A stretch of DNA of 64,000 nt from an uncultured cyanobacterium (GCA_963710605.1 CAVQBA010000005.1:32001-96000), one strand, 5' to 3'; positions 44,916 to 56,330 are shown, counted from the stretch's first letter. Translations and numbers: made by a program. Notes: a model not told the origin generated them from the letters alone.

Positions 44916-47705
44916 ATGGTATTAGAAAATGATTATGACGACAAATTTCAATTAGCTAGATCGGCTTATTTAGAAGAAGATTTAGAGCAAGCGGCTGATA
45001 TAATTGATGAAATGACACAACAGTACCCTGATGATCCTAGCGTATTGTTATTAAAAGGACATATTCATTCAAAACATCAAGAATACGATCTAGCTACAAC
45101 ACAATATCAAAAAGTACTGAATCTAACTGAACAAGAAGATCTAACAAAATTAGCAGTAGAAGCCCTCAAGCAAATTGAAAATGTAGTTCCAAACTATTCA
45201 GAAGAAATAAATGAGAATAATGATAGTGATAATGACTATGATAGTGAACTTTTTTCTTTAGATGAGATAGAAGAGCCAGATTTTCAAGATGACATAGAAG
45301 AATTAGAAGATGAAGAATCTAACGATGGCTGGACTGAAAGTATTCAATTTGAGAATATAGAATGGGATGCCGAAGACTTAGAAGAAGAAGAGCTAGAAGA
45401 TCCTACCCTACAACAAAATACACCTTTAAGTAATAATTACGATCGACAACCTTCATCCGCTCAAATTGAAACTGAAGATGCCGAAGAAAATGATACTGCT
45501 GTCAATATTTTACCGATAACGGCAACCAATGATGAGCAATTACAAATCAATGAAGATGAAGCAATTGACGATATTTTTGTCGAATTAGATCCCACTGATT
45601 TTAATTATGATCAAATAAATAATCAACCAGATGATTTTTCGACTGATGATATTGAAGATAATAGTGCACCTACATTTGTAGTTTCTTCTGAAGAACCAGA
45701 ACTTAGAGACTTAGAAGAAATACTTGGGGCAGATAATAACAATAGGTTTTCTGATTTAGATGATGACCCCGCAGACTATAGTTCAGAATTAAGACCGTTA
45801 GATTACAACACAGATAATTTTACACAAGAATCTGATCCTGTTTATCAAAACCAACAAAATCAGGATCAAGAAAATGATCAACCGTTAGTTTTAGATGGAG
45901 AAGATGATTTTTTCTTCGCTCCAGATGAGTTAGACGATATTCCTGATATTGATGCGGAAGAATTACCTGTCTCGAGTATTTTTACTAAAGATAGCCAAGA
46001 AAAGAAAAACTTTAGCAATGGCAATCTAGAGCAAACTAATAAGACTCTTAGTGAGCAAGAAAATGTTTTTGATAATGATTTCGATAATGAAATAACGGGT
46101 AGTTTTACTTTTGACACTCAAAAAATAAATCTTGATTTAGACGAGGACATTAGCTCATCTTCATCTTTCTCTCAAATTTCAGGATTAGGCACAGGTTTAC
46201 AAATAAATCCCGAAGTAGATATAAACCAGGGTAAACTCGCTAATTATTTTAATTTATCTCTATTTAATAAACAGTTAGTTAATGGAGGTATAACAGCGAT
46301 CGTTACGTTTTTAGTTGTTTTGATTGTTAGTTTATTTCAAAATGCAAATAACAATACCGTAGTAGAAGAAGTTACAACCGAAACCGAGGCTGTAGAAGAA
46401 GTAGTACCAACTACAGATTACAGCTCTTTAGGAGAAAATTTGATTTTAGCTTTACTTGCTAGTTTAGCTAGTGGTGGAACAGTACTTGCTTTAGGTTTAC
46501 TAATGAATAGACATATCAAACGTTATATCAACGAATTACGAAATCAGTTTGAATCTATTTATCAAGGTAATTATGAAGTAAAAGTAAATATTTACTCTCA
46601 AGACGAATTAGGAACTTTAGGGGCAGGATTTAATCAAATGGCGAAGATGATTAATACCACCACCACAGAAGCTCGTAAACGGGCAGAAGAAACAGAAAGA
46701 GCTAGAGAAGACTTACAACGTCAGGTAATTCGTCTCCTAGATGATGTAGAAGGAGCGGCTAGAGGAGATTTAACCGTCCAAGCAGAGGTAACCGCTGACG
46801 TATTAGGAGCTGTAGCAGATGCCTTTAATTTAACTATCACTAATCTGCGTAAAATTGTTAAACAAGTACAACAAGCGGCGATACAAGTAAACAAAGCGAG
46901 TGCGGATAGTGAAGTTTTTGCTCGTAATCAATCTAGTGATGCGTTGAGAATGGCAGAGGAATTAGCCGTAACTCTTAACTCGGTACAAATGATGACTGAT
47001 TCAATTCAACGGGTAGCCGAAAATGCTCAAGAAGCGGAGGAAGTTGCTCGATCGTCTAGTGTTACTGCTCTTAAAGGTGGTGATGCGGTAGAAAGAACGG
47101 TGTCAGGTATTTTACAAATTAGAGAAACGGTTTCTGAAACTACTCGTAAGGTAAAACGTTTAGCTGAAGCATCTCAACAAATTTCGACGATCGTTGCTGT
47201 TATTTCCCAAATTTCTTCTCGAACCAACCTTCTGGCTTTAAATGCTTCTATTCAAGCGGCTAGGGCAGGAGATGCCGGTCGTGGATTTGCGATCGTTGCT
47301 GATGAAGTCCGTCAGTTAGCCGATCGTTCAGCTAAATCATTACAAGAAATTGAACAAATCGTTTTACAAATTCAAACAGAAACAGGCTCGGTTATGACGG
47401 CGATGGAAGAAGGTATCCAACAGGTGAGAGATGTAACCGAACGTTCCGAACAAGCAAAACGATCGCTAGAAGATATTATTCAAGTATCTAATCGTATTGA
47501 CGCTCTAGTACGTTCAATTACCGCTGATACCGACGAACAAAGAGAAAACTCTCGTGGTGTAGCTAAAGTAATGCAGGCAGTAGAATTAACCGCTCAAGCA
47601 ACATCTCAAGAATCACAACGAGTAGCTGGTTCGTTACAAAACTTAGTGGGAATTGGTAAAGATTTGATCTCTTCGGTAGAACGTTTTAAAGTTGATGATC
47701 ATTAG
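44916..47705 (+). CDS. pilJ: methyl-accepting chemotaxis protein (TPR, long acidic region, TM, HAMP, MCP)
   Basis: TNLLALNASIQAARAG..GRGFAIVADEVR; AGAGGA precedes ATG 44916. Confidence 0.9.
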   Translation: MVLENDYDDKFQLARSAYLEEDLEQAADIIDEMTQQYPDDPSVLLLKGHIHSKHQEYDLATTQYQKVLNLTEQEDLTKLAVEALKQIENVVPNYSEEINENNDSDNDYDSELFSLDEIEEPDFQDDIEELEDEESNDGWTESIQFENIEWDAEDLEEEELEDPTLQQNTPLSNNYDRQPSSAQIETEDAEENDTAVNILPITATNDEQLQINEDEAIDDIFVELDPTDFNYDQINNQPDDFSTDDIEDNSAPTFVVSSEEPELRDLEEILGADNNNRFSDLDDDPADYSSELRPLDYNTDNFTQESDPVYQNQQNQDQENDQPLVLDGEDDFFFAPDELDDIPDIDAEELPVSSIFTKDSQEKKNFSNGNLEQTNKTLSEQENVFDNDFDNEITGSFTFDTQKINLDLDEDISSSSSFSQISGLGTGLQINPEVDINQGKLANYFNLSLFNKQLVNGGITAIVTFLVVLIVSLFQNANNNTVVEEVTTETEAVEEVVPTTDYSSLGENLILALLASLASGGTVLALGLLMNRHIKRYINELRNQFESIYQGNYEVKVNIYSQDELGTLGAGFNQMAKMINTTTTEARKRAEETERAREDLQRQVIRLLDDVEGAARGDLTVQAEVTADVLGAVADAFNLTITNLRKIVKQVQQAAIQVNKASADSEVFARNQSSDALRMAEELAVTLNSVQMMTDSIQRVAENAQEAEEVARSSSVTALKGGDAVERTVSGILQIRETVSETTRKVKRLAEASQQISTIVAVISQISSRTNLLALNASIQAARAGDAGRGFAIVADEVRQLADRSAKSLQEIEQIVLQIQTETGSVMTAMEEGIQQVRDVTERSEQAKRSLEDIIQVSNRIDALVRSITADTDEQRENSRGVAKVMQAVELTAQATSQESQRVAGSLQNLVGIGKDLISSVERFKVDDH

Positions 47706-47788
47706 TATTAAATAGCAAAGAGCAAAGATAAGATGAAGGATGAAATATTAATCATCAATTCTCAGTTGATAAATGGCGTTAGTTCATA

Positions 47789-48573
47789 ATGAATAAATTA
47801 TATAAACAATTTTCGACCTTATTTGAACGTTTATCAGCTGGAATTTTTTTAACTGGGCAAATTATAGTTCACATTCTACAAGCTAAAATTTATCGCCTTA
47901 ATACTATCCAACAAATGATATTTGTGGGCCAGCCTCAATCGCCATCGCTATCATCACAGCCGCTTTTGTCGGAATGGTTTTTACGATTCAAGTAGCTAGA
48001 GAATTTATCTATTTTGGAGCAACTACAGCAGTAGGGGGTGTTTTAGCGATCGCTTTAACTCGTGAGCTTGCTCCTGTTTTAACCGCAGTTGTTTTAGCAG
48101 GAAGAGTCGGTAGTGCCTTCGCCGCAGAGCTTGGTACAATGAAAGTCACAGAACAAATTGATGCTCTTTATATCCTCAAAACTGATCCGATTGACTATTT
48201 AGTTATACCCAGAGTCTTAGCTTGTTGTTTTATGTTACCTGTATTAACGATCATTTCTTTGTTAGTTGGTATCACCGCAGGCTTAGTGATTGCTGATTCA
48301 CTTTACGACATTTCCACAACTATTTTTCTCGAATCGATACGTAACTTTTTAAAGGTATGGGATATCTTCGCTTGTGTGATAAAATCAATGATTTTTGGTG
48401 GCGTTATTGCTATTATTGGTTGTAATTGGGGTTTAACTACTACTGGTGGGGCAAAAGGAGTCGGTAAATCTTCTACCGCCGCCGTTGTAATCTCTTTGAT
48501 TGCTATTTTCATCCTGAATTTTATTCTCTCTTTACTTATGTTTCAGGGTACAGGTGGCGGTGTGATTGGGTAA
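47789..48573 (+). CDS. mlaE: MlaE/TGD1-family lipid ABC permease; one base missing at ~47928 as sequenced
   Basis: RELAPVLTAVVLAGRVGSAFAAELGTMKVTEQIDAL; adding one base restores VGPASIAIA. Confidence 0.88.
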
Positions 48574-48645
48574 TGAGTAATGAGTAATAAGTAAGGAGTA
48601 ATGAGTATTAATTGCTAATTACTAATTGCTAATCCCTAATCCCTC
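48571..48645. repeat. heptamer arrays (TAATGAG)n and (TAATTGC)n
   Basis: direct reading. Confidence 0.75.
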
Positions 48646-48729
48646 ATCTGTTCACTGTAATTGTTGAGTTTTGTAAATTTCAGTTACAATAGCCTATAGT
48701 TTAGGCATTTTTTTACTTTCGTTGTATAT

Positions 48730-49959
48730 ATGATTAATAATTCATTACTGATAGCTAGTGCGATCGCACTTTTATCTGTTATCTGGGTAGAAATAGTGAG
48801 AGATACTTATCATCTTGTCTCTCATTTATGGCAGCCATTATATCGATTACATTCTTGGCATCATCGTATTTTTAAACCTGATTTGTCAGTTAAAAACGAA
48901 ACTATTTATCGTCAAGCAAATTGGTATAATGACTTACCTGAATCTTTAGTCATGTTACTTTTTAGTTTTGCTTATGTCTTTTTTATCTTTTCTCAAGGTT
49001 GGGTAATACCAGAATATCAATGGTTAGTGTGGGCAGGCTCTTTTTATACATTAGCATTTAGTTTAGGAGCGATCGCTCGTGGAGTCGGATTTCCTTACGC
49101 TGATGCGATTACCGATGTTACTCATCGTCAAGGAGAATTTGCGGATATTCCGGCTAACTTTTTGGTTAATCGTACTTACCATTGGCGACATCATTTTGAC
49201 GATCAAGATGCTTATTTTTGCGGTACATTAAGTTTAGTCGATCGAATTCTAGGTACTGCTTTGTCTTTAAAAGGAAAAAAAATTGCCGTTACCGGTGCAA
49301 GTGGTACATTAGGGCAAGCTTTAATCAAACAACTACACAGAAAAGGGGCAAAAGTTACTGCCTTAACTTCTCGCACCGAACCATTATCAATTAATGTTGA
49401 TGGTAAACAAATCGAGATTAATACTGTTACATGGCAAACAGGGCAAGAATCTTTATTAAAAGATATTTTTGCGAAAACTGATATTTTGATTATTAATCAT
49501 GGTATTAATGTTCACGGACAAAAAACAGCCGAAGCGATTGAAAAGTCGTATGAAATCAATACATTTTCTGGTTGGCGTTTACTTGAATTATTCCTGACAA
49601 CAGTTAAGACAAATAAAGAAAAAGCGACTAAAGAAATATGGGTAAATACCTCAGAAGCAGAAGTAAATCCAGCTTTTAGCCCACTTTACGAAATGAGTAA
49701 AAGAACAATGGGAGAGTTAGTTACCATGAAAAGAATTAATGCTCCTTGTATTATCAGAAAACTAATTTTAGGACCATTTAAAAGCGATTTAAACCCTGTT
49801 GGTGTTATGTCTGCTCAATGGGTAGCTAAACAAATAGTCAATTTAGCAGTTAGAGATTTTCGAGATATCATTGTTACTATTAATCCTTTAACTTATTTAC
49901 TTTTTCCTCCTAAAGAATTAATAACTAATATTTACTTCAAATTGTTTACTAAAGAATAA
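48730..49959 (+). CDS. mgdE: bifunctional sterol-desaturase-like / SDR protein; monoglucosyldiacylglycerol epimerase
   Basis: His boxes (HSWHH, HWRHH), VTGASGTLG, WVNTSEAEV..SPLYEMSK; architecture of cyanobacterial MgdE. Confidence 0.82.
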   Translation: MINNSLLIASAIALLSVIWVEIVRDTYHLVSHLWQPLYRLHSWHHRIFKPDLSVKNETIYRQANWYNDLPESLVMLLFSFAYVFFIFSQGWVIPEYQWLVWAGSFYTLAFSLGAIARGVGFPYADAITDVTHRQGEFADIPANFLVNRTYHWRHHFDDQDAYFCGTLSLVDRILGTALSLKGKKIAVTGASGTLGQALIKQLHRKGAKVTALTSRTEPLSINVDGKQIEINTVTWQTGQESLLKDIFAKTDILIINHGINVHGQKTAEAIEKSYEINTFSGWRLLELFLTTVKTNKEKATKEIWVNTSEAEVNPAFSPLYEMSKRTMGELVTMKRINAPCIIRKLILGPFKSDLNPVGVMSAQWVAKQIVNLAVRDFRDIIVTINPLTYLLFPPKELITNIYFKLFTKE

Positions 49960-50185
49960 AAACCATATTTATAGAACTGGTTTTTGCCTCATAAATATTA
50001 TTGAAAAATACTAGTTTAATTAATAAACATATTATTAATTACTCTTTAATAAATAAGAAAATAGAAACATTATTAAAAGACGTTATTATTAGTTATTTTG
50101 TTGATTAATCCCTAAAATAATTCACGATCGAAAAAAAACAAGCTAAAGTAGAAGTATTAAGTTTTATAACGTAAGAGGTTAGTAA

Positions 50186-50995
50186 ATGCTAGAACTTTAT
50201 CAATTTGAATTATCTCCATTTGCCGAAAAAGTAAGATTAATTCTTGACTATAAAGGCTTACCATACAAAAAAGTAGAAGTTACCCCCGGTATTGGGCAAT
50301 TAGAACTTTACAAAATCTCTGGGCAAAGACAAGTGCCTGTTTTAAAAGACGGAGATGTCGTCATCGCTGATTCTACTCAAATTGCGATGTATTTAGACCA
50401 AAAATACCCAGAAAAGCCTTTGATGCCTATTGATGGGGCGGCAAAAGGGCAATGCCTTTTAATCGAAGAATGGGCTGATGAATCTTTTGCTACTAAAATA
50501 CGTAAATCTTTGATTGGTGGTTTGAATCAATATCAAAATTTCCGTACTTCCTTGTTACCAAATAATACACCAGATATCTTAAAGACTGTTGTTGGTGCTA
50601 TTCCTTCAGAATTATTAACTGCTGTTGGTACAGGTGTTGGTATGGGTAATAATATTTTTAAAGATGCCCAAAAAAACGTTAAAAAGGATTTAGATTCTTT
50701 AACTTTGATTTTACAAAGCCAACCTTATTTGACAGGTGATGAGCCAACTTTAGCTGACTTTACCGTTGCTTCTTTGACTACATTACTCAAATTTCCTATT
50801 ATTGCTTATTTTGATTTACCGATTGATTTAGAAGGTAAAGGTATTCCTGATATTGCTGATAATAGTGCCTATGAGTTTTTCTTTGCTTGGCGTGATCGTC
50901 TTTATGCTGAATATCGTCAACCTATCGATAAATCTATTGGTGGTAACTTTGGTGGCGGTAGTGACATTCCACCAACAACGATCGTAATTGAATAA
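50186..50995 (+). CDS. glutathione S-transferase family protein
   Basis: LYQFELSPFAEKVRLILDYK, QVPVL, DSTQI, PTLADF. Confidence 0.92.
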   Translation: MLELYQFELSPFAEKVRLILDYKGLPYKKVEVTPGIGQLELYKISGQRQVPVLKDGDVVIADSTQIAMYLDQKYPEKPLMPIDGAAKGQCLLIEEWADESFATKIRKSLIGGLNQYQNFRTSLLPNNTPDILKTVVGAIPSELLTAVGTGVGMGNNIFKDAQKNVKKDLDSLTLILQSQPYLTGDEPTLADFTVASLTTLLKFPIIAYFDLPIDLEGKGIPDIADNSAYEFFFAWRDRLYAEYRQPIDKSIGGNFGGGSDIPPTTIVIE

Positions 50996-51341
50996 TTTAT
51001 TATACAATCATTAAATCTATTTTTAGTAATTTAACTACAATATTTATTACTATTATGATTTGTTTAGTAGAGATAGGGAATTCCTTGTCTCTGCTAATTA
51101 ATTTTGCCATAATCATTCATTTTATTCTTTCTTTTTCTCTTTTTCTCAACTAAACTCGAACGTACTATTGAGCTAAAAATGATCGACTATTTTACTTACT
51201 TTCAAAAAAACCTTATAAGTTACTCAATAATAAAGCCGAAAACTAGTTGATGTTTGACAGATATTGTGAACCCAAATTTTGGATTTAAAGAGTTTGTTTA
51301 TCTATCTCCCTCTCTCTTGTGCTCCATCTTCCTCTCTTTTT

Positions 51342-51416
51342 CTCTGCGTACTCTGTCTTGAAAAGTTGTTCATGGGGGAGACCCCCAAGACCACACTTTT
51401 CGCTGCGTACTCTGCG
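51342..51416. repeat. small structured insert flanked by CTGCGTACTCTG direct repeats
   Basis: AAAAGT..TGGGGG-AGA-CCCCCA..ACTTTT nested stems. Confidence 0.65.
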
Positions 51417-51508
51417 GTTAATTCTCTTCAAAATCCATAAATGTCTCAACCCGCTTATTAACTACTATATAATATATTTCACGTAATATTTATCATCTAA
51501 ATTGATAA

Positions 51509-52189
51509 TTAATTAGATGATATTTTGTTCTTCTTAAAAGAATCGGGTTTAATTAACCATACTCCTAAGTAGAAAAAAGGTGTATCGAAAAGGGCAAAAA
51601 ATAACTTAAATAAAAATCCGTTAATAAATAATGAAGGTAATTTATCGATCGTAATTACACCAAATAAACCGATAATTAATAATACTAAACCAGTATCAAT
51701 AATTTGTGATACTATAGTTGAGCCATTATTTCTTAACCATAAATACTTACCCTTCGTCAAATTTTTCCAAAAGTGAAATAAACGAATATCAATTAATTGA
51801 GCGGTTAAATAAGCAATCAACGAAGCAATTACCGCAGGAGTAAATGAACCAAAAACTTGATTAAAGGTAACTTGATCAACTGTTGACCATTCAGTAGCAG
51901 GTAAATAGTTAGCGATCGAGATTATAATCAAAATAACCAGACTACTCACAAAACCCGCAATTACTAATTGATTAGCTTTTCCTTCTCCATATATTTCTGA
52001 AATTAAATCAGTACATAAAAAAGTGATTGGATAAGGAATAATTCCTACTGATAGTTCTAAGTTTAGATTAAAAAAAGAAAAAGTAAAAAACTTTTGAAAA
52101 ATTAAATTAGAACAAATTAAACAAGCAATAAAAATGGAAACTAAAATTAAAAATATTTGTGATTCTTTCTTTTCTTCTTGTAAATTCAT
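51509..52189 (-). CDS. queuosine precursor transporter (YhhQ family)
   Basis: YPITFLCTDLISEIYG, AQLIDI, WLRNNGSTIVSQIIDT. Confidence 0.9.
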   Translation of the reverse strand: MNLQEEKKESQIFLILVSIFIACLICSNLIFQKFFTFSFFNLNLELSVGIIPYPITFLCTDLISEIYGEGKANQLVIAGFVSSLVILIIISIANYLPATEWSTVDQVTFNQVFGSFTPAVIASLIAYLTAQLIDIRLFHFWKNLTKGKYLWLRNNGSTIVSQIIDTGLVLLIIGLFGVITIDKLPSLFINGFLFKLFFALFDTPFFYLGVWLIKPDSFKKNKISSN

Positions 52190-52485
52190 CTTAAAAAGCG
52201 TTTTGTTAAATACAGTAATTAATAGTATTTTTTAGTTTTAGTTTAGTTATACAGAAAAATAATGAATAATTTACTAAATATTAAATAAGAACAAAGTTCG
52301 GCAAATGTTTTTGTAGATTGAGGATTTGATAGCGAGATTGCTGTGGTATTACAAATACGTGGTTTAATTGGTCATTATCTCATTAATCTTCTCAATCAAC
52401 GAGAACTTAAGTAAAAAGAAATAGCTAAATCAAATTAGATACTATTATTTACTATAGAACTGTATTTTATTGTTATTAAGTTATA

Positions 52486-53199
52486 TTATTTAGATTTATT
52501 TCTTATTTTAATTTGACGATAAAATTGAGCTAACTTATCATTAGGGATACCCAAATAATAACCACTAATCATCAATTGATTAATTAAGGTAGTTTTAAAT
52601 AAGCCTAATTTTTCCCAACGTCTAGCTGATGTAGTTACGGCTTCTGAAGTTAAATAAACTGTACCCTTTTTTTGCAATTTTTTAATTAAAGAAAAATCTT
52701 CCATAATCTTTAAATTATTAAAACCATTTACATTTTCAAATTGCTTTTTAGTGAGGAAAATAGCTTGATCTCCATAAGGTAAAGATAAAAATTGCGATCG
52801 AAATGTCACTAGTTTTTCTAACCAACGATAGATTGGTTTTTGACTATCAATTTGTAAACGAAACGCACCTGCTACAAAATCTTTTTTGCTAATTATTTTA
52901 GCTATTATTTGCGGAAAGTCTTCAGGTAAAAAAGTATCCCCATGTAAAAATAATAAGATATTTCCACGAGCTTCTTTTGCTCCTAAATTCATTTGATAAC
53001 TACGACAAAGTTTAGGAGAACAAATAACTTTTAAACCTAAATTTTCAATTATTTCCACTGTTTTATCGTTACTACCGCCATCAACAAAAATAATTTCTAC
53101 TGATGGATATTTAATCAATTTATCGATAGTTTGAGTAATAACTTTTTCTTCATTAATTACAGGAATAATAATAGAAATAGATTCTTTTTTAGTAATCAT
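52486..53199 (-). CDS. GT2 glycosyltransferase (TIGR04283-like)
   Basis: SIIIPVINEE, VDGGS, QMNLGA, FLHGDT, PYGDQAIF, MEDF, TSARRW. Confidence 0.88.
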   Translation of the reverse strand: MITKKESISIIIPVINEEKVITQTIDKLIKYPSVEIIFVDGGSNDKTVEIIENLGLKVICSPKLCRSYQMNLGAKEARGNILLFLHGDTFLPEDFPQIIAKIISKKDFVAGAFRLQIDSQKPIYRWLEKLVTFRSQFLSLPYGDQAIFLTKKQFENVNGFNNLKIMEDFSLIKKLQKKGTVYLTSEAVTTSARRWEKLGLFKTTLINQLMISGYYLGIPNDKLAQFYRQIKIRNKSK

Positions 53200-53206
53200 A
53201 AAATTA

Positions 53207-53368
53207 TATAGCAATTATCACCATTATGAAGGACAAAAAGATCCCCACGTGGTCCCTAACCAACAAAAGCGAAGCATCCTTACTCCTCCCCCTTACGAAG
53301 GGGGATAAGAGGGGGATAGGGGACTTGAAAATAATTAATATACACTCATAATTATGGGAAACGCTATA
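53207..53368. mobile_element. TATAGC...GCTATA MITE with nested inverted D repeat; sibling of 58063-58171
   Basis: shared ends TATAGCAATTATCACCATTA and TATGGGAAACGCTATA. Confidence 0.8.
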
Positions 53369-53420
53369 GTCATTTTAATTAAGATTAAGACAGTAAGAAC
53401 AATACTAAACTAAAGTATTA

Positions 53421-53478
53421 AACCCGCCTTGAACTGTCGTGCAAGGCTAATATCCTGTTCGTTTAATAAATTAAACTT
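53421..53478 (-). repeat. family A copy 5
   Basis: CCCGCCTTG-N-CAAGGCTAATA...GTTTAATAAATTAAAC. Confidence 0.85.
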
Positions 53479-53627
53479 AAAGTTAGATGTAGTACTCGTG
53501 TCTTATTTTAAGTTAAAACAAATATACTAATTGATAAGATAGCATTATTTAATGATATTAGTACGTTTTGATCCCCTTAAAGTATTCTTAAAAAAGGAAC
53601 TTACAGAATAAAACTATTAACTATTAA

Positions 53628-55765
53628 CTATTTGACGATTTCGCCAAAATCAGCTAAAACACGGCTATTATTACGTAATAAACCTAATAAATTTAAGCGA
53701 TTGGTTTTGATTGCTTCATCTTCTGCCATGACTAAAACACTATTTTCACCATCAAAAAAGTTAGAGATAATCGGATTGATTTCTAATAGTGCATCGACTA
53801 AAAGTTGATAATTACGATCGTCTTTTGCTTTTTGAGTAATCGGTGCTAATTTTTGTAAAGCTTGATAAAGTGCTTCTTCAGCAGTCGAAGTAAACAAATC
53901 AGAATTAACTACTCTAAGGGGATTTAATTGTTGTTTATCTAAACTACCTTTATCGGCTAATTTAGTCGATCGATTTACTGTGGCATATATTTGTCCTAAC
54001 AATCCATTACTACGAATTGATTGTAAAAATAAAGCTCGATCACGAACATCAAGTAAATTAGTTAAAGCACGATTAATATATTCTTTATCGTTATTACTTC
54101 CTAAAACAGCATTGACTAAATCATAATCAATTTTTAACTCGTCTTGTAAAAGAGTATTAATTCGTTGTAAGAAAAAAGCTTGAATTATTTCTAACGGTGA
54201 AGATTTATCAGAATGAGAAGCAGTAAAATCTTGACACGATTGAGTTACCAATTCTTGTAGGTTGAGATTAAGATTTCCATGCCAAACAATATTGATGATA
54301 CCATTAGCCGCTCTTCTTAACGCAAAAGGATCACTAGAGCCAGTTGGCAACATACCTAAACCAATGATACCAACGATCGTATCAAGTCGATCGCTAATTC
54401 CCACAATTTGCCCATTAATTGTATCGGGCATAATATCTCCTGCATTTCTAGGTAGATAATGTTCAAAAATACCTTTAGCTACAGTAGCAGACTCACCACT
54501 AACTAGGGCATATTTTTCGCCCATAATTCCTTGCAAATTAGGAAACTCATACACCATTTGGGTAACTAAATCTGCTTTACACAAAGAAGCGGTGCTATCT
54601 ACTTCATTAGTTTGTGCTTCATCTAAATTTAATTGTTCGCAAATTTGCTGACTAATACTGATGATACGGTTAACTTTATCGTGAATTGAACCTAAATCTT
54701 CTTGAAAGGTAACATTTTCCAATTCAGGTAAATAAGTTTCTAAATGTTCATCACAATCAGCTTGATAGAAAAACTGAGCATCAGCTAATCTAGCTCTAAT
54801 TACTTTAGCATTACCCGTGGCGATAATCTCTGACTTGTCAGGATCGCCATTAGAAATAGTGATAAAGTAAGGCATCAGTTTGCCATCGTCGTCTCTAACA
54901 GGAAAATAACGCTGATGCTTAACCATTACCGTAGTAATTACTTCTGCGGGTAAGTTTAAATATTCGGCTTCAAATTTACCTAAAACAGCAGTCGGAAATT
55001 CAACTAAGTTAGTCACCTCAGTCAATAAATCAGGATAAATGTCTGCTTTACCACCAACTATATCTGCTAAATTTTTGATTTTATCTTTGATCAGATGACG
55101 ACGATTAGCAACATCAACTAAAATAAATGCTTTTTCTAACTCTAAAACATAATCATTAGCGTGGTTAATTTCAATGTCTTCTGGATGAAGGATGCGATGC
55201 CCACGACAAATACGATCGCTTTTTAAAACACTACTACCAGAGATTAACTCAAAAGGTAGTACTTCGTCTTCCCATAAAGAAATAATAGTCCGTATCGGAC
55301 GAGGAAAACGAACATCTCCATCACCCCACCGCATAAATCTTCTTCCTTCTAAACCATCAATCCATTGAGGTACTAATGAAGTTAAAATTTCACTTGTTTT
55401 CTGCCCTTTAATTTTTTTATCAACAAAAACAAACTCTCCTTTACTTGTTTCTTTAATTTGAAAATCATCAAGAGAAACACCTTGTTTACGAGCAAAACCT
55501 TCGGCGGCTTTAGTTGGTTTACCGTCTTTAAATGCAACCTTAATGGGTGGCCCTTTATTTCTTCTTCTCGATCGAGTTGCTGGTTTTCTAAACCTTCTAT
55601 GTATAATGCTAAACGTCTAGGCGTGCCATAAAACTTAATTTGATCAGGATGCAAAAACTGTTTGGCTAAATCTTCTCGCACACATTTTTGCCATTGAGAT
55701 ATAGCACTATCAATAAAATCAGCAGGTAGTTCTTCAGTACCAATTTCTAGAAGGAAGTTAGGCAT
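53628..55765 (-). CDS. glyS: glycine-tRNA ligase beta subunit; one base missing at ~55550 as sequenced
   Basis: [43 protein letters not shown]; adding one base restores KGPPIKVAF. Confidence 0.95.
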
Positions 55766-55844
55766 ATTATCGTTACATTTACAATCGTTTTCGTTTCTTT
55801 CTCATTATCAACTATTGCTAATCAATAATCAACAGTTAGAATAA

Positions 55845-56003
55845 TTGACAATTGACAATTGACAATTGACAATTAATATTTTCTACTTATTACTTATTAC
55901 TTTTTACTTCTACTTTCCTATTCCCTATTCCCTATTCCCTATTCCCATTCCCCATTCCCTATTCCCTATTCCTCATTCCCTATTCCCTATTCCCTATTCC
56001 CTA
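55845..56003. repeat. heptamer arrays (TTGACAA)n, (TTACTTA)n, (TTCCCTA)n
   Basis: direct reading. Confidence 0.9.
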
Positions 56004-56010
56004 GTTGCGG

Positions 56011-56291
56011 TATAATTATTAGTTAGGATGATCGCCTCCTTCTTCCACATTTTAGGCTCGATCGATCGTATTTGTCGGCTTCAATAGGTCGTACATTTAG
56101 GTTAGTCGAAGTATAAATTTAGAGTTAGATGAATTGATTCTGAGTGACTTAAGTCGGGTTATCTTCTCTTAAAAAAGAGATTTAATTACGCTAGTTATTA
56201 AGAATTTTTTGCCAACAAAAGCCCGAATGTGAAGGAGGTGTTTAGTCCGATAGCACTAATTTGTACACATCTATCTATTGTGAATTAGTGC
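56011..56291 (+). promoter_or_regulatory. TATAAT -10 box and putative long structured leader or ncRNA upstream of the baeRF gene
   Basis: long-range imperfect inverted repeat 56033-56079 / 56211-56240; 9-bp hairpin 56253-56291. Confidence 0.5.
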
Positions 56292-56330
56292 GTTTCAAGA
56301 ATTAAATAGTCCGTTGACAAAAAAACTAAC

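Noticed and set aside
48672-48688. NtcA site before mgdE
   Set aside because: GTA-TAC spacing is 9, not 8.
52190-52290. preQ1 riboswitch before the yhhQ-like gene
   Set aside because: An A-rich tract is present, but there is no P1 stem or loop consensus.
55540-55560. Programmed frameshift in glyS
   Set aside because: No slippery heptamer, and the same lesion type occurs in mlaE.
55915-56003. Tandem repeats as a CRISPR array
   Set aside because: 7-nt units with no spacers, and no cas genes in the window.
56023-56248. 6S RNA or an rRNA fragment
   Set aside because: Similarity to 16S is only ~12 nt, and no recognisable 6S sequence or usual gene context is present.
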